A stretch of 63,107 nt of DNA, filler included, from Squatina squatina (Eukaryota): the NCBI GenBank assembly GCA_031763465.1. It is 4 parts of 3 records of this genome, joined end to end, with 100 filler letters (N's around TTAATTAATTAA, not from the genome) between each part and the next. Parts side by side here need not be neighbours in the genome. Positions count along the whole stretch, not along the records: positions 50,389 to 63,107 come from JARFOE010000013.1; 3 more parts are not named here. One strand, written 5' to 3'. The notes beneath the pieces were generated by a model that was given only the letters and a program-made list of their open reading frames with translations, searched no databases and was not told the origin of the DNA. Shown one piece after another: positions 51,539 to 63,107 of the stretch (position 1 is the stretch's first letter; the number at the start of each line of letters is the position of its first letter). The position numbers and the translations under genes are program-made.

Positions 51539-54500
51539 NNNNNNNNNNNNNNNNNNNNNNNNNNNNNNNNNNNNNNNNNNNNNNNNNNNNNNNNNNNNNN
51601 NNNNNNNNNNNNNNNNNNNNNNNNNNNNNNNNNNNNNNTATTTAATAAGAAAAAAAAGTTCAATTGCCACAACTGTGACATCCTGATAATTGCACACTGC
51701 ATTGTAAAATCAGGATTAGAAAAGTGAAATATCAAGATCTTTCAGTACAGCGTACATACTCTAGAGGCAGACCATAGTTTAACTCCAATAAATCCTATTT
51801 AAAATGCAAATTAAAAATTGAATCATGAGTGTTAAATCTTTAAAATAGTCAATTTAAATGCATTGAAATCAAATACTAATACCATTAATGTGTGTAGAAT
51901 GGTGGAGGCAATTTTAGAGCCTGTTAGATTATGGGTGTACTGAATAAACCTGGCAACAGTTCGGCCTGAGTTTTGAAATACAGGCAACTTTCCAGGGCTG
52001 GTTCTTCCATACAAGTGTTGCTTGCTGATATTGATACAGTTCCTTAGTAATTCAGGTCCAATGCTGCAACTTTCCAGGGAACCTTTGGTTGTCTCCTGGC
52101 AAAAGCAAGCACGCATAGGACTCGGTTCAGAACCATGCTGTTAGATAATCCTCAACATTATTCTCCTCAGTGAGCCACAGGTTTTTTTTTATATTAATTA
52201 AAACACAATTCCAATCATTTTAATTTCCAAATCTAATTTTGTTTTCAAATTTTCAGACAGAATAACAGATGGCCTGAGGTGTGCCTGATCCTGAAATCAA
52301 GCGAGTTTGAGATCAGCTTACACATCTCAGCATGAGCATAGAGGTGAGCAGGACTCTCCAGATACCTCTGTACCTCATCCTCGGTCCATCGGTTATTTTA
52401 AGGAAATATTAAAAGTCTACTCTCAAGGATCCCAGGATTGGAGTGTGGTGTTCTCGAAGCTCATAGGTTTGATCACAATTTGAGCCATCAAGGTATTAGT
52501 GTATACTAGTCTCCACTTCCATNNNNNNNNNNNNNNNNNNNNNNNNNNNNNNNNNNNNNNNNNNNNNNNNNNNNNNNNNNNNNNNNNNNNNNNNNNNNNN
52601 NNNNNNNNNNNNNNNNNNNNNNAAAACCCAACATGAGACATCCATGAAATATGTAAAAGATAATGCCATTGATTGCACATTACACATGATCTTTCACTTA
52701 GAGGAAGAATCATGATAACTCACTCCCGCCTTCAGGCCTCGTGAATAATGTGCCTTTTACAGGAGCAAAAAGAACTTTCATAATGCCCTGCCACCGGAGC
52801 AATATTTCACAACCATTCTGCGGACTTTGTCGGTACAGTAATTTCATTACTGTCAATGCGAGAATTCACTGCAGTGAATGATCATGCTACATCCAGAATG
52901 ACTTTGAAAATGTCGATAATATCCATTGATTAAACAGGATATAACACTGATGACATTGTGTTACCACCATTAGCTGTCATGCTTGAGTTATGCCCTTTAA
53001 CTTATGGAAGGAAAAACGGCACTGGTGTCAGCGGGACAGTATTTCTTTTATGTAAGCCCTGGTGGTCTAAATGAGTGAGAATGCTTCACTACAAGTAACA
53101 TAATTTGAAATCAAACTATCAGCAATAGATATGACATTCCCATTTTGTTTCTCTCATATGTAGGTTGAAAACCACTGGCCAGTTTCCAGTTTTTAGAGTG
53201 AATTTTACTGATCGTTGAGGTGAGGGATGTCAGTGCTGCAGAACTACATTTTCTATCCACTATCGGGTTTTTCCAGGTCAGTTGTAGCATTACTGATGCA
53301 AAATAAAGTCCCGCTCCAGGACTTGAGCACACTTGAAAACGAGGATAACACTTTAGTGCAGTACCATGCTGTGGGTGAGACATTGAACTAAGCACATGTT
53401 TAATGGTTCAGGTTGATGTTAAACATCCCATGACACTACTCAAAAAACGAGCAGGTTGTTTTCCTGGTGTCCTGGNNNNNNNNNNNNNNNNNNNNNNNNN
53501 NNNNNNNNNNNNNNNNNNNNNNNNNNNNNNNNNNNNNNNNNNNNNNNNNNNNNNNNNNNNNNNNNNNNNNNNNNNTAATGATAGGAATATATTGGTTCGG
53601 GATTATTATTGAGCTTGAGGCTCTGTCAGGTTAAAAAAAAAACATGCAGATGACTGGAAAATGAAATTCCCCCCCATCTCAGTTTTTGAAACTGTGGACA
53701 TCCATGCTTAAAGGTATTGGAGATCTGGTTTGATCCCGTGTCACCATCTGTACTTCACCCAACAGATGTTGCCTCAGTGAGATACACAGAGAATTTTAAA
53801 TGGCAGGAAAAAAAACAAAGCACTGGAAGCGCATTGTAGGCCATTCAGCATCTGAAGAATAAAGGTGGGGTCGTGTTTTTGGTGTGACCATTCATCAGAA
53901 TAGGTTGACTACATCATTGGCACATGTCTGGAAGCAAGAAAATCTCCCCATTATCAGCAGCAGGTGGGAGGCTCAAGCACAGATAAAGGAGTAAATATGT
54001 TTACCCCTAACAAAAAAAAATGGAAAATTAATATTTTGTCAGACAGATCCACAGTACTCTGGGCGATGTTGAGGATTGACAAGCCACCCTAGCCCATCGA
54101 TGCGACGTGGAGGGTAGACTCATCAAGGGAAGGGGGCAGGATTGTTTCCACTTGGCTCCAAATAATCCTGCAAACCAATTCCCCAGCATGGCTGGACAAG
54201 CAGTGAGAAGCTTACCAGTGTTCAGTGCTGATAAGATGTGTGAATTTTGCCTGATTAAAATCCATTAGTAACACTTTCTATACTTAAGGATTCCTTAAGA
54301 GCTTATACCAACTTGTAACTACTGTCTGAACTAAGTAAGATCTGTCGCTCAGTGGAAGAGTGACATTTATACCAGGCAAACAAAGCTTTACCTGTGTGTT
54401 TTTCTCAGTAGCTTGAATTGGAGATCTTTAAGCATGCACGTCAGATATGCAGATGACCAAAAAAAAACATTTGTAATTAATTGCTTGGACATGACTAATC

Positions 54501-55870
54501 CCAAACTTCACTTTTTTCAGTTATTAACCAACTGTGCTATTGTGAGCAAGAGTGTCCCCATTGCGGTTGCATTCTTTTCCTGTCATCAACACCAGTGGTA
54601 TTTTCTGTGCCCTGCAAAAATATTAAGTCCGTGTTGGGTTATTTCAAAATAATTCTCAATCTTGAGAGTTTTGTTACTTATGCTCAGTTTAAAAAAAAAC
54701 AATTTGTATGAGAAATGGTTTTCAATGTCAGACACCCAAGTCTCCCATTTTCACCACAATTATCCTTGTACATCAAAAATCTCATAAGATTAAAATAACA
54801 GCTTGGTTCCTCTTTTGAGGCAAGAACTACGACTCCTTAAGAAAGGTACTAAGAGGGTGCACAGAAATAACACCAAGAATCAGTACATCCAGTGTGTCAT
54901 CATTAAAAGCTATTGAAACCAAATTCCAGAGAGGTGTATAACAGGCGACCAATCGATATCGCTCCATTTACACTATTGGCAAAAGTTAAAATTACCGTGT
55001 GTCTTGCACCTACAGTGAAGTGAAATCCAGAGCGACACCATTGCACCCTGTGCACTGGAATAAAAGAGCAAGCGAGAAAACTCAAGGAAGCCGTGCTTCA
55101 GTGTGTTAGTAAAAGGCTGCCTGGAAAATGGATTAGAATGCAACGAAGCTGAAGCAATGATCCAGGACAGGTAATTACGGTGGTGCTGGATGCAGGCCTC
55201 GTTCATGAATAAACTGTTATTCATGTTAAAANNNNNNNNNNNNNNNNNNGGATAACCAATGAAGCAGCGTGCAGCAGTGAATTGATGGTATAATACGAAT
55301 ATATTTGGGTGCAATTAATAAAATATGAATAGTAATAAGGTTTCATTAATTAAGTGAAGTGTATATATATGTGAATACTAAATTCTTTTATTTTTAAGTG
55401 TGAAGAAGCATGCACTGAGGTGTAATTGCTCTACTTTTAAATGTTGAATTTAAAGTCTTAAATAATTGAGGTACAACAGCACTTAATCATGGGTCTAGGA
55501 ATGTAGTTAGAACAATCCCACCTGCCTTCACAGTGGTTGATAACTACTTCAAGTCCTTTGCATTATACTTGATGTAATATGATTATTTTCTCTGCAGGCC
55601 CTGTGGTATATCATTTTGCTAATGGTTTGAGCAGCCAGATGAAATAAAAACACAGAGTCAAACAACTGAGATAAAATTATTGACAAAGCTTTCGAACATG
55701 TTCGTGAGGTGGCCGAGATTTATTGCACCTTGTCCAGATTTTATTTATTACTGACAATTTGAATGTTCCATCTAAAGGTGTAACTGCAGCAGAGCTGCAT
55801 CCAAATTGGAAAGCATCAACAATTAGGAAGAGCTGTTCAAGGCACAAAATGTACATCTGATTCCCCCTCC

Positions 55871-56165
55871 TACACACACACGAGCACACGCACGTATATA
55901 CACACACAGACACACACACGCGCATGTATACACACGCGCGCGCACACACACGCGCACAAATACACACTCGCAAGTATACACGCACACACGTACATGTATA
56001 CACGCATGCACTCACACACGCGCGTGCACACACACGCGCACATATACACCCATGCGCATGTATACACACGCGCATGTATACACGCACGCACACGCACACA
56101 CATACACACACAAATATGCACACACACACACGCACACATGAATACGCACACACACGCATGCACAC
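55871..56165. repeat. Compound (CA/CG/TA)n alternating purine-pyrimidine microsatellite
   Basis: About 295 bp of cacacg/cgcgca/tataca repeats. It explains the low-complexity VC/HT ORFs in the track. Confidence 0.95.
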
Positions 56166-56202
56166 AACTCAACCATCGCCCATATGTTTAGTGACAGATA
56201 TA

Positions 56203-57110
56203 GGCCCTGAAATTTCAATGGTTTTGTAGGCTATAAAATGGTGGATCTGTCTGGGAATTGGTCAGAATTTTGGACTTCGTAAGCACATGCCACTTCGATT
56301 CTACCTTAAATTCTGCTGAAAACGAGGGATGGTGTAAGATATATCGGCCGTGCCTAAGCTGCTGTCAGGCAAACTGCAGATTTAGATTAAACATTCTAAA
56401 TTCCATAATTTCTGTGATCTAACTTATGCCTGCAATTGAGGAAGACTGATGCTGGGATCTTAAAGGTGGATTGTTGTGTTTTATTGTGCTGCTCGAGTGA
56501 GGCGTACAACTTTACTCCGACTCGATCTTTTGTCAAGGTATTTTTTTTGAGGCTCGTAGCTTCATTTGGAGTCACTCAAGAATGTTTTTTGTCCAGAGAA
56601 CTTCCCTAAAATGAAGGGCAAAACTTCAAAATGTTTCTCAATGGAGAGCCCTCTATTTATGATTTTTGAAGGAGGGAGAGGAGAAGGAACAGCAGGCAGC
56701 TTGGGAAGCTGGGCTTATAAGGCAGCACCACAGGAAAACAAATCTGCCTACAGATGTCCAACCAGCAGGGTGTACAGCCCCAAGAGCTCATTCCTTGATA
56801 TATCCATAGAGTTATGTGTCAGGCGGCCTCTGCTCTCTGTGGGACATGTGCTGAAGTTTCTGGAGCTGCCGCTCAACACAGGATGCTCTGCATTGTAGAG
56901 AAGTCTTCACTGATTGCGTTGCAAAGAATGGTATTGGATACTACTGCCAGATCTTCCATCTGCTGCATATTTCTCATGTGTTTGGGGTGATCCATATGAT
57001 TCTGATGCTCGACATGCATTTGGCTTTTCATGGTGAGACCCCTGAGATCATTATCTAAATAGTCTGACATCTCCTAAGCCTCCGCTTATCCCCTGGCTTC
57101 CTTGTGAGTT
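56203..57110. mobile_element. PIF/Harbinger remnant (nuclease N-terminus on +, possible Myb remnant on -)
   Basis: The + strand RVYSPKSSFLDISIELCVRRPLLS resembles the HARBI1-type transposase N-terminus (RVYR..SFLDLS.E.C.RRLR). A terminal motif ggccctgaaattt occurs at 56203. Confidence 0.55.
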
Positions 57111-58823
57111 GNNNNNNNNNNNNNNNNNNNNNNNNNNNNNNNNNNNNNNNNNNNNNNNNNNNNNNNNNNNNNNNNNNNNNNNNNNNNNNNNNNNNNNNNN
57201 NNNNNNNNNNNTTTCATGCATCATCTATCAAACTGACATTCTCTCTATCCCTAATGCTGAATCTCATAAAATAACGTTTGAGAAGTGTAGAGAAGCAAAG
57301 AACATTTATTGATTTGTATTATCCATTGAACAAAGGCTCACGCAAAAAAAGGGTGAATGCATTCCATTCCCCATAGCCTTACATTATGGTAGGCAGCAAC
57401 TGACATTGCACTCAGTGTTGAATTGTTGTGAAAAGCCAGAATTTGAACAACAAAAGTAATAAAATGAATATTTTTGCTGAGGGCATGATGTTTCTTTGTA
57501 AAGATAAACTGTGCATCATAAGTGCACTTTGCAAATGTAAGAAAACTATTCGGACTGTTTCTGACAACAGGGTTGTACATGTCATGAATAATGAAAGACT
57601 GGAGTAGGACCTGGGTGAGGTAATGAGTTAGCATGCAGTCCTATAAACTCTTCTGGGATCTGCGATTGAATCCATCTCAGCTGATGAGCAGCCTTTGCCA
57701 GCTGTTAGAATAGCTTGCCAATACTCACAGTCTAGGCTCACATATGAAGAGAAGCCACTTGGGTAAGATACTGAAGGAAACCTGGCACCTATCGACTGTA
57801 CTCCAGCAAGAGTCAATAGCATCAGGAGAGGAAGAAAGAAAATTGACTCAGTGAAGCTATATAGGTGACTGGCCTGAGAAGTGGAAATGCAATACTAAGT
57901 AGAAATAGAAATGCAATATACACTGGCGTGGAAGTACTCTTGTGAAGTTGAGAAGGATGGAAGAAAGAAAGAACTGTGCTTTTATACAGCATCTTTCACT
58001 GCCTCAGCACCTTCCAAAGCACTTCATAGCCAATGAGATACTTTTGATTGTGGTCCCTGTAGTAATGTGGGCACAAGTGAATNNNNNNNNNNNNNNNNNN
58101 NNNNNNNNNNNNNNNNNNNNNNNNNNNNNNNNNNNNNNNNNNNNNNNNNNNNNNNNNNNNNNNNNNNNNNNNNNNNNNNNNNTAACCCACACACTGTCAT
58201 TGCATTATGCGCGGTTAATCAAAAGCATATGACTGCCAGACAAGATGTAGCTCATGCCAAATAATCTATTAATTTAAACAGGGACTGCAAACAGACTCCA
58301 ATCCCCTGTGAATAATGAGGAAGCGTGGAGAGGGTCGGTTATATGTGATGGGGAGAAGACACGTATTTTCAAAACCGGGAAGGGAAGAAAAAAAATAAAA
58401 TAAAACCAAGACTGTCACATAGACATAATCACATCAAGACTGACTTCATGGCAAGGTTGTGTGTGGATGACAAGCTTACTTATTTCAAATTCTCCCCTTT
58501 CTCCTTATTGTGCATGACTCTGTTAGTCTATGCAAATCAACCTTCTGTCCTGTAAATAAGATACAATCGATTCAGGTTTTATTATTGCTTTGATGGGAGG
58601 GGCAAATCAGCTCATGTTTTTTTGTCATTCACTGAATCGTGCAGAACTTCTCATGTGTGCATAAGCGAGGATTATTTAAACTAGGAGAAATTAATTTGCA
58701 GTGGTGTTTTTATTTGGTGAAGANNNNNNNNNNNNNNNNNNNNNNNNNNNNNNNNNNNNNNNNNNNNNNNNNNNNNNNNNNNNNNNNNNNNNNNNNNNNN
58801 NNNNNNNNNNNNNNNNNNNNNNN

Positions 58824-58966
58824 GCCCACTCACCTAACCTATCCAAGTCACCCTGCAGCCTCTTAGCATCCTCCTCACAGCTAACACTGCCACCCAGCTT
58901 GGTGTCATCCGCAAACTTGGAGATGTTGCATTCAATTCCCTCGTCCAAATCATTAATATATATTGA
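58824..58966 (-). mobile_element. CR1-clade LINE RT fragment
   Basis: [44 protein letters not shown] contains the catalytic FADD motif. Confidence 0.92.
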
Positions 58967-59779
58967 CTAATGAAATCCCATTCTGAGGAATATATATTAT
59001 AGAACTGCACATGCCTTGTTAATCTTGTTAAAGGTTCATAAAAACAAGGAAAAATGGACATTTGACCCATTTTTAACAGATGAGGAATATGTGAACCTTT
59101 GTTTCATAGAAGCTTAACATTCAACTAAGATAGCAAAATGCAACCTTACACTTTCTGCATTGTTAAATTTTCTAACCCATCTAAACCATTATATAAGTAA
59201 CATTAATGCCGAGATTGAGTAGCTGGCATGGAATATTTATCGCAGAGAAACCTTATTGATAAATTGCAGTTAAAATACATTGTTGAGGCAGAACAATGAG
59301 CACTTTACTGTCCATTTCAGCTGTGCTGAATCCGACCTGTGAATGCTCGATGATAAAAAAATTAGAATCCTTGATGTCCTTCATCTTAACCACAAAATAT
59401 CACTTAAAAATAAAACAGACAAATAGATAACATTTTTGATGTTGGCGCCGACCCTTCTCTTTCTGTTATCAACTGCCCTGCAGCCTGCTGTGTATTTCGA
59501 GACATTGTTTCAGATTTCCAGCATTTGTGAATGTCTTCTGATCGCTAGATATATAGGAGCCTATTTCTGGTCATATTCTGGGTTCAAATGACATTCAAAA
59601 ATTCTCTTTCTGGGCTGCTCGCATCAGCTGAACCCTTTGTTACACTGCCTTGCAAAATATTCCTGGCTATCTCTCTAGGTATATATCCTTGCCTATGACG
59701 AATCAGCAAAGTAGTTCTTTGAGCCTTCCAGGTACATTTGTATTATACAATGATACAAAGGAAAGTACAAACTGGAATT

Positions 59780-60019
59780 ATAGTATGCTGCCATATCAGC
59801 AAAGTGATGGAAGGTGTCGTAGACAGTGCTATCAAGTGACACTTGCTCACCAATAACCTGTTCACCAGTTCCCAGGACCACTCAGCCCCCGACCTCATTA
59901 CAGCCTTGGTCCAAACATGGACAAAAGAGTTGAATTCCAGAAGTGAGGTCAGAGTGACTGCCCTTGACATCAAGGCAGCATTTGATCGAGTGTGGCATCA
60001 AGGAGCCCAAGTAAAACTG
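59780..60019 (+). mobile_element. LINE reverse-transcriptase fragment (CR1/L2-group)
   Basis: HSAPDLITALVQTWTKELNSRSEVRVTALDIKAAFDRVWHQG contains the RT motif LDIxxAFDRVWH. Confidence 0.88.
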
Positions 60020-60973
60020 NNNNNNNNNNNNNNNNNNNNNNNNNNNNNNNNNNNNNNNNNNNNNNNNNNNNNNNNNNNNNNNNNNNNNNNNNNNNNNNNN
60101 NNNNNNNNNNNNNNNNNNNTTATTTATCTTGATAATGACCGCCTGAAAAAGAAAACCACTCTGTCGGAGTCAGGCAGCCTTAATCCAACTGACAGCGTGC
60201 ATTTATATCAGGTGATGGAAAGTTCAGATGAAAAAGGCACTCAGTCTCTGGTGCTTTCAGGTGCGGCACAGGCCAGCACGCAGCTTCAGTTCCGCTGTCA
60301 CCTTCCTGTGTTGGTGCAGGGATGATCGGCCTTTTGAGCTGTCAGTTTCATGCAAGGATAAACATCTGGATTGCTGTCGAGGTGTGGCTACTCTTTATCG
60401 AACTGAAAAGGGGAATGGATTTTACTCAAGCCAGTTCTTTGAAGCATCGCCCTGGGAATAAACCATTTGGCCTGTTTTTTTTCTCTTTCTCGCCCGCATT
60501 GATGTTCGGGGGAATGGTATCTGAGCTAAGAAAAAGAATATCCATTACAATGTAATTATTGGACCCCTTACAGCTATACAGCTGAAGATAAATAGCATTA
60601 ATGTCTGATGGAGCATTGAACATAACATGACAAAAAAATGTTAATAATATTCAGATGCTCATCTTCTGAGCCCAGAAAGAACATGACACTGTAACAAATG
60701 TTATACTTAGTAAAACATCTGCTGTGCAACTAACTCGTTTACTTTCCTGCTCGTCATTGACTGGCTCCCAAAGTACTGGGTGTAAGTTACAGTATATCTG
60801 ACAACCTACTTGGGACAAAATAATACTCTAAGAATATCTTTGCACTGAATATTAATCCAAGAATGATCGTTTANNNNNNNNNNNNNNNNNNNNNNNNNNN
60901 NNNNNNNNNNNNNNNNNNNNNNNNNNNNNNNNNNNNNNNNNNNNNNNNNNNNNNNNNNNNNNNNNNNNNNNNN

Positions 60974-61186
60974 TTGGAATTTCTTGATTCCAAACACTAT
61001 GGCGAGTGCTTCCTTTTCAATTTGCACATAGTTTCTTTTGCTCATTTGTGATGCAAAGGCGATTGGTTTCTCTTGACTGTCATCCATTACGTGGCTTATG
61101 ATAGCCCTCACACCATAGCTAGAAGCATCACACGCTAACTTAAGCTCACAGTCTGTGTCGTAGTGCAGAAGTAGATTTTTATGCAT
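60974..61186 (-). mobile_element. Ty3/Gypsy LTR retrotransposon pol (RNase H) fragment
   Basis: LLHYDTDCELKLACDASSYGVRAIISH...EKPIAFAS...NYVQIEKEALAIVFGIKKF carries the Gypsy RNase H signature (DAS, EKExLA). Confidence 0.9.
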
Positions 61187-62589
61187 CGCGTGCAGGGTGG
61201 AGCTGGAATAACTGAGTCGGCACAGTGCTTAACACAACTCTCTGTATTGATTAACAGATGCTCCAGCTTTAGACTAACATAATATCTAGGCTGGGCCTAT
61301 AGACAACTTCATATCAAGTAGCCCGGCTCTGACTCCAGCAGGGCTCCTGGCCCAAGTGAGCTCCAGGAGTCTCTGGAGAAAGAGAGGCGAAGAGAGGCAG
61401 GGTAAGAGAGGCGGGCTTACAGGAATCACCTGGCTTTATACTCCACCCACTGGAGTTGCCGTAGGTGTACCTAGCAAAATCACAACCTTGTTCCTGAGAC
61501 ATCGCATAAAGTCAAAACCCATTCTCAGTACATAACAATCTCCATGAAATCTGACATTGTTGAATTTATTCACACTGAACCGTGACTAGATTATCTGCTG
61601 CTACACAACATGTCAAAATAATATTTACGACTATTACTTTTCACCAAGAATAGAATATTTAAATTGATTATGTTTCTATCTGTACTATTTCAAACTCTTT
61701 CTGATTAGTTTAATGGGTTACACATGCTGTGCTAAAAATTATTCTCAGCATCTTATTAAGAATTTATGTTCACAGGATATAAATCCGTTTGATTTGCAGG
61801 ATTCCATTAAATGGCAATTATAGCTCACCAGACTAAAATGCCAGTAATATGTATTATTAGCGGTGCTGTCAAGATAAACTACGATACAGCAACTTTGGAT
61901 GTCAAAGAAATACCATTCAACAATATCAGGTTTTAGAGCAACATAATACAAATTATGGTGGAACCTTTACATATGTTTCAATAAAAAGGAAACTATTACT
62001 GAATGTAAGGATTTGGCTTCACTATGAAATGTTAGATTCTTATTCTATAACAAGTCTTTCTTACATTTAACATAATTCTATTATCAATTAAAACAGAAAT
62101 GTGAAACATCATTCCAGTGTATGAACAAAACAAACTTTGAGGGTGAAATTCGACTTTTTTAAAAACCTGTTCAAGGCGTTATTGAGGTGCAAAGTCATCT
62201 TTAGGTGTTAAAATGCCGTTTAGCACCTCCAGCTAAATTGTTTTTTGCATGAATACTATCCTCATCTATTTCTACAACATGATCTAAGGCTAGAGACCGC
62301 CAGCGGGAAATTGGTTTGCCGCAGGAAGCTGCCACAAAACCAGTGGTGTGCCTGCTACGGAGCCCAAGGATGAAGGCCTGAGGCCTACTGGGTCTTGGGC
62401 CTCACCTACATTATACCGGCGAGCTGTGGACGGCAATGGGGGTCCCCAATACAACTTGTCAATTGGGGCCTTGACAAAATCGGCTGGCTGGGACACTGAG
62501 CAAGCAAATTGGCAAAACATAGGAAACATAAGTACTCTATCAAGGATATAGCAGTAGCTAAGTGAAGTTGAAGGATGTCTGGGAGTATT

Positions 62590-63065
62590 GGCAGACGTGG
62601 CACTTAACATATCAAGTCACCTTGACACAGCAGGCAACAAAGCAAACAAAATACTGAATTATACGTTAAATCAGTCGAATAAAAGTCAGGGGAGATGATG
62701 CTCAGACTGTAAGTGCTCTGTTCAGATGACACCTTGAGATCTGTGTCCAATTTTAGTCACCAAGACACAAAAGAAACATTCAAGCCCTAGAGGCAGTGCA
62801 TGAAGAAATCTAAGGCTGAACTTTAGCACTACAAGGATGAGGGAAGGCTGCAGAAATTGCATTCTTTAATCTTGAAAGAAGGTGACTGAGAGAGAGCCTT
62901 ATAGAAGTATACAAGATACTAAACAATATGGAAAATACAAATCCAGAGCACTCTTCACAGTATCCATTGATAGGAAGACAAGCGGAGTAGGGTTCAGACT
63001 GGTGAAGGCAAACTTACTATTGAAAGCAGGAAGATTTTCTTTGCAAAAACGAATCAATTCTTATA
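62590..63065 (+). mobile_element. Old CR1 LINE ORF2 C-terminal fragment
   Basis: Decayed motifs KANKIL, HLEICVQF*SP, DIQALEAV-like and LIEVYKIL in collinear order. Confidence 0.7.
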
Positions 63066-63107
63066 GACCTGCAGTGGTCAGTATTAGGACCAAAGTTTTC
63101 AAAGAAA

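Noticed and set aside
55677-56229. Cys/Val- and His/Thr-rich ORFs
   Set aside because: These are translations of the dinucleotide microsatellite.

Overview
This is a eukaryotic vertebrate window, most likely from a cartilaginous fish (shark), judged from its repeat families (CR1 LINE tails, Deu-domain SINEs, Harbinger remnants) and gene homologies. The assembly is very gappy: about 40 fixed 100-nt gaps, three of them containing an artificial TTAATTAATTAA spacer. Recognisable exons follow the conserved vertebrate block: RFTN1 (+; two exons at 18796 and 22546), OXNAD1 (-; two exons at 28467 and 29234) and GALNT15 (-; last coding exon 30705-30851). DPH3 and most other exons of these genes are not visible and probably lie in gaps. 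There is an orphan histone H2B pseudogene at about 48.7-49.0 kb. The rest is intronic or intergenic DNA full of LINE (CR1, L2, RTE), SINE, Gypsy and PIF/Harbinger fragments. The most interesting structure is a short palindromic element with a degenerate minimal hammerhead-ribozyme core, flanked by a perfect 13-bp target-site duplication and inserted into an older CR1 LINE (36909-37116). No CRISPR, rRNA or intact tRNA genes were seen, and most ORFs in the track are spurious. All homology calls are by eye from recalled sequences, not database searches.
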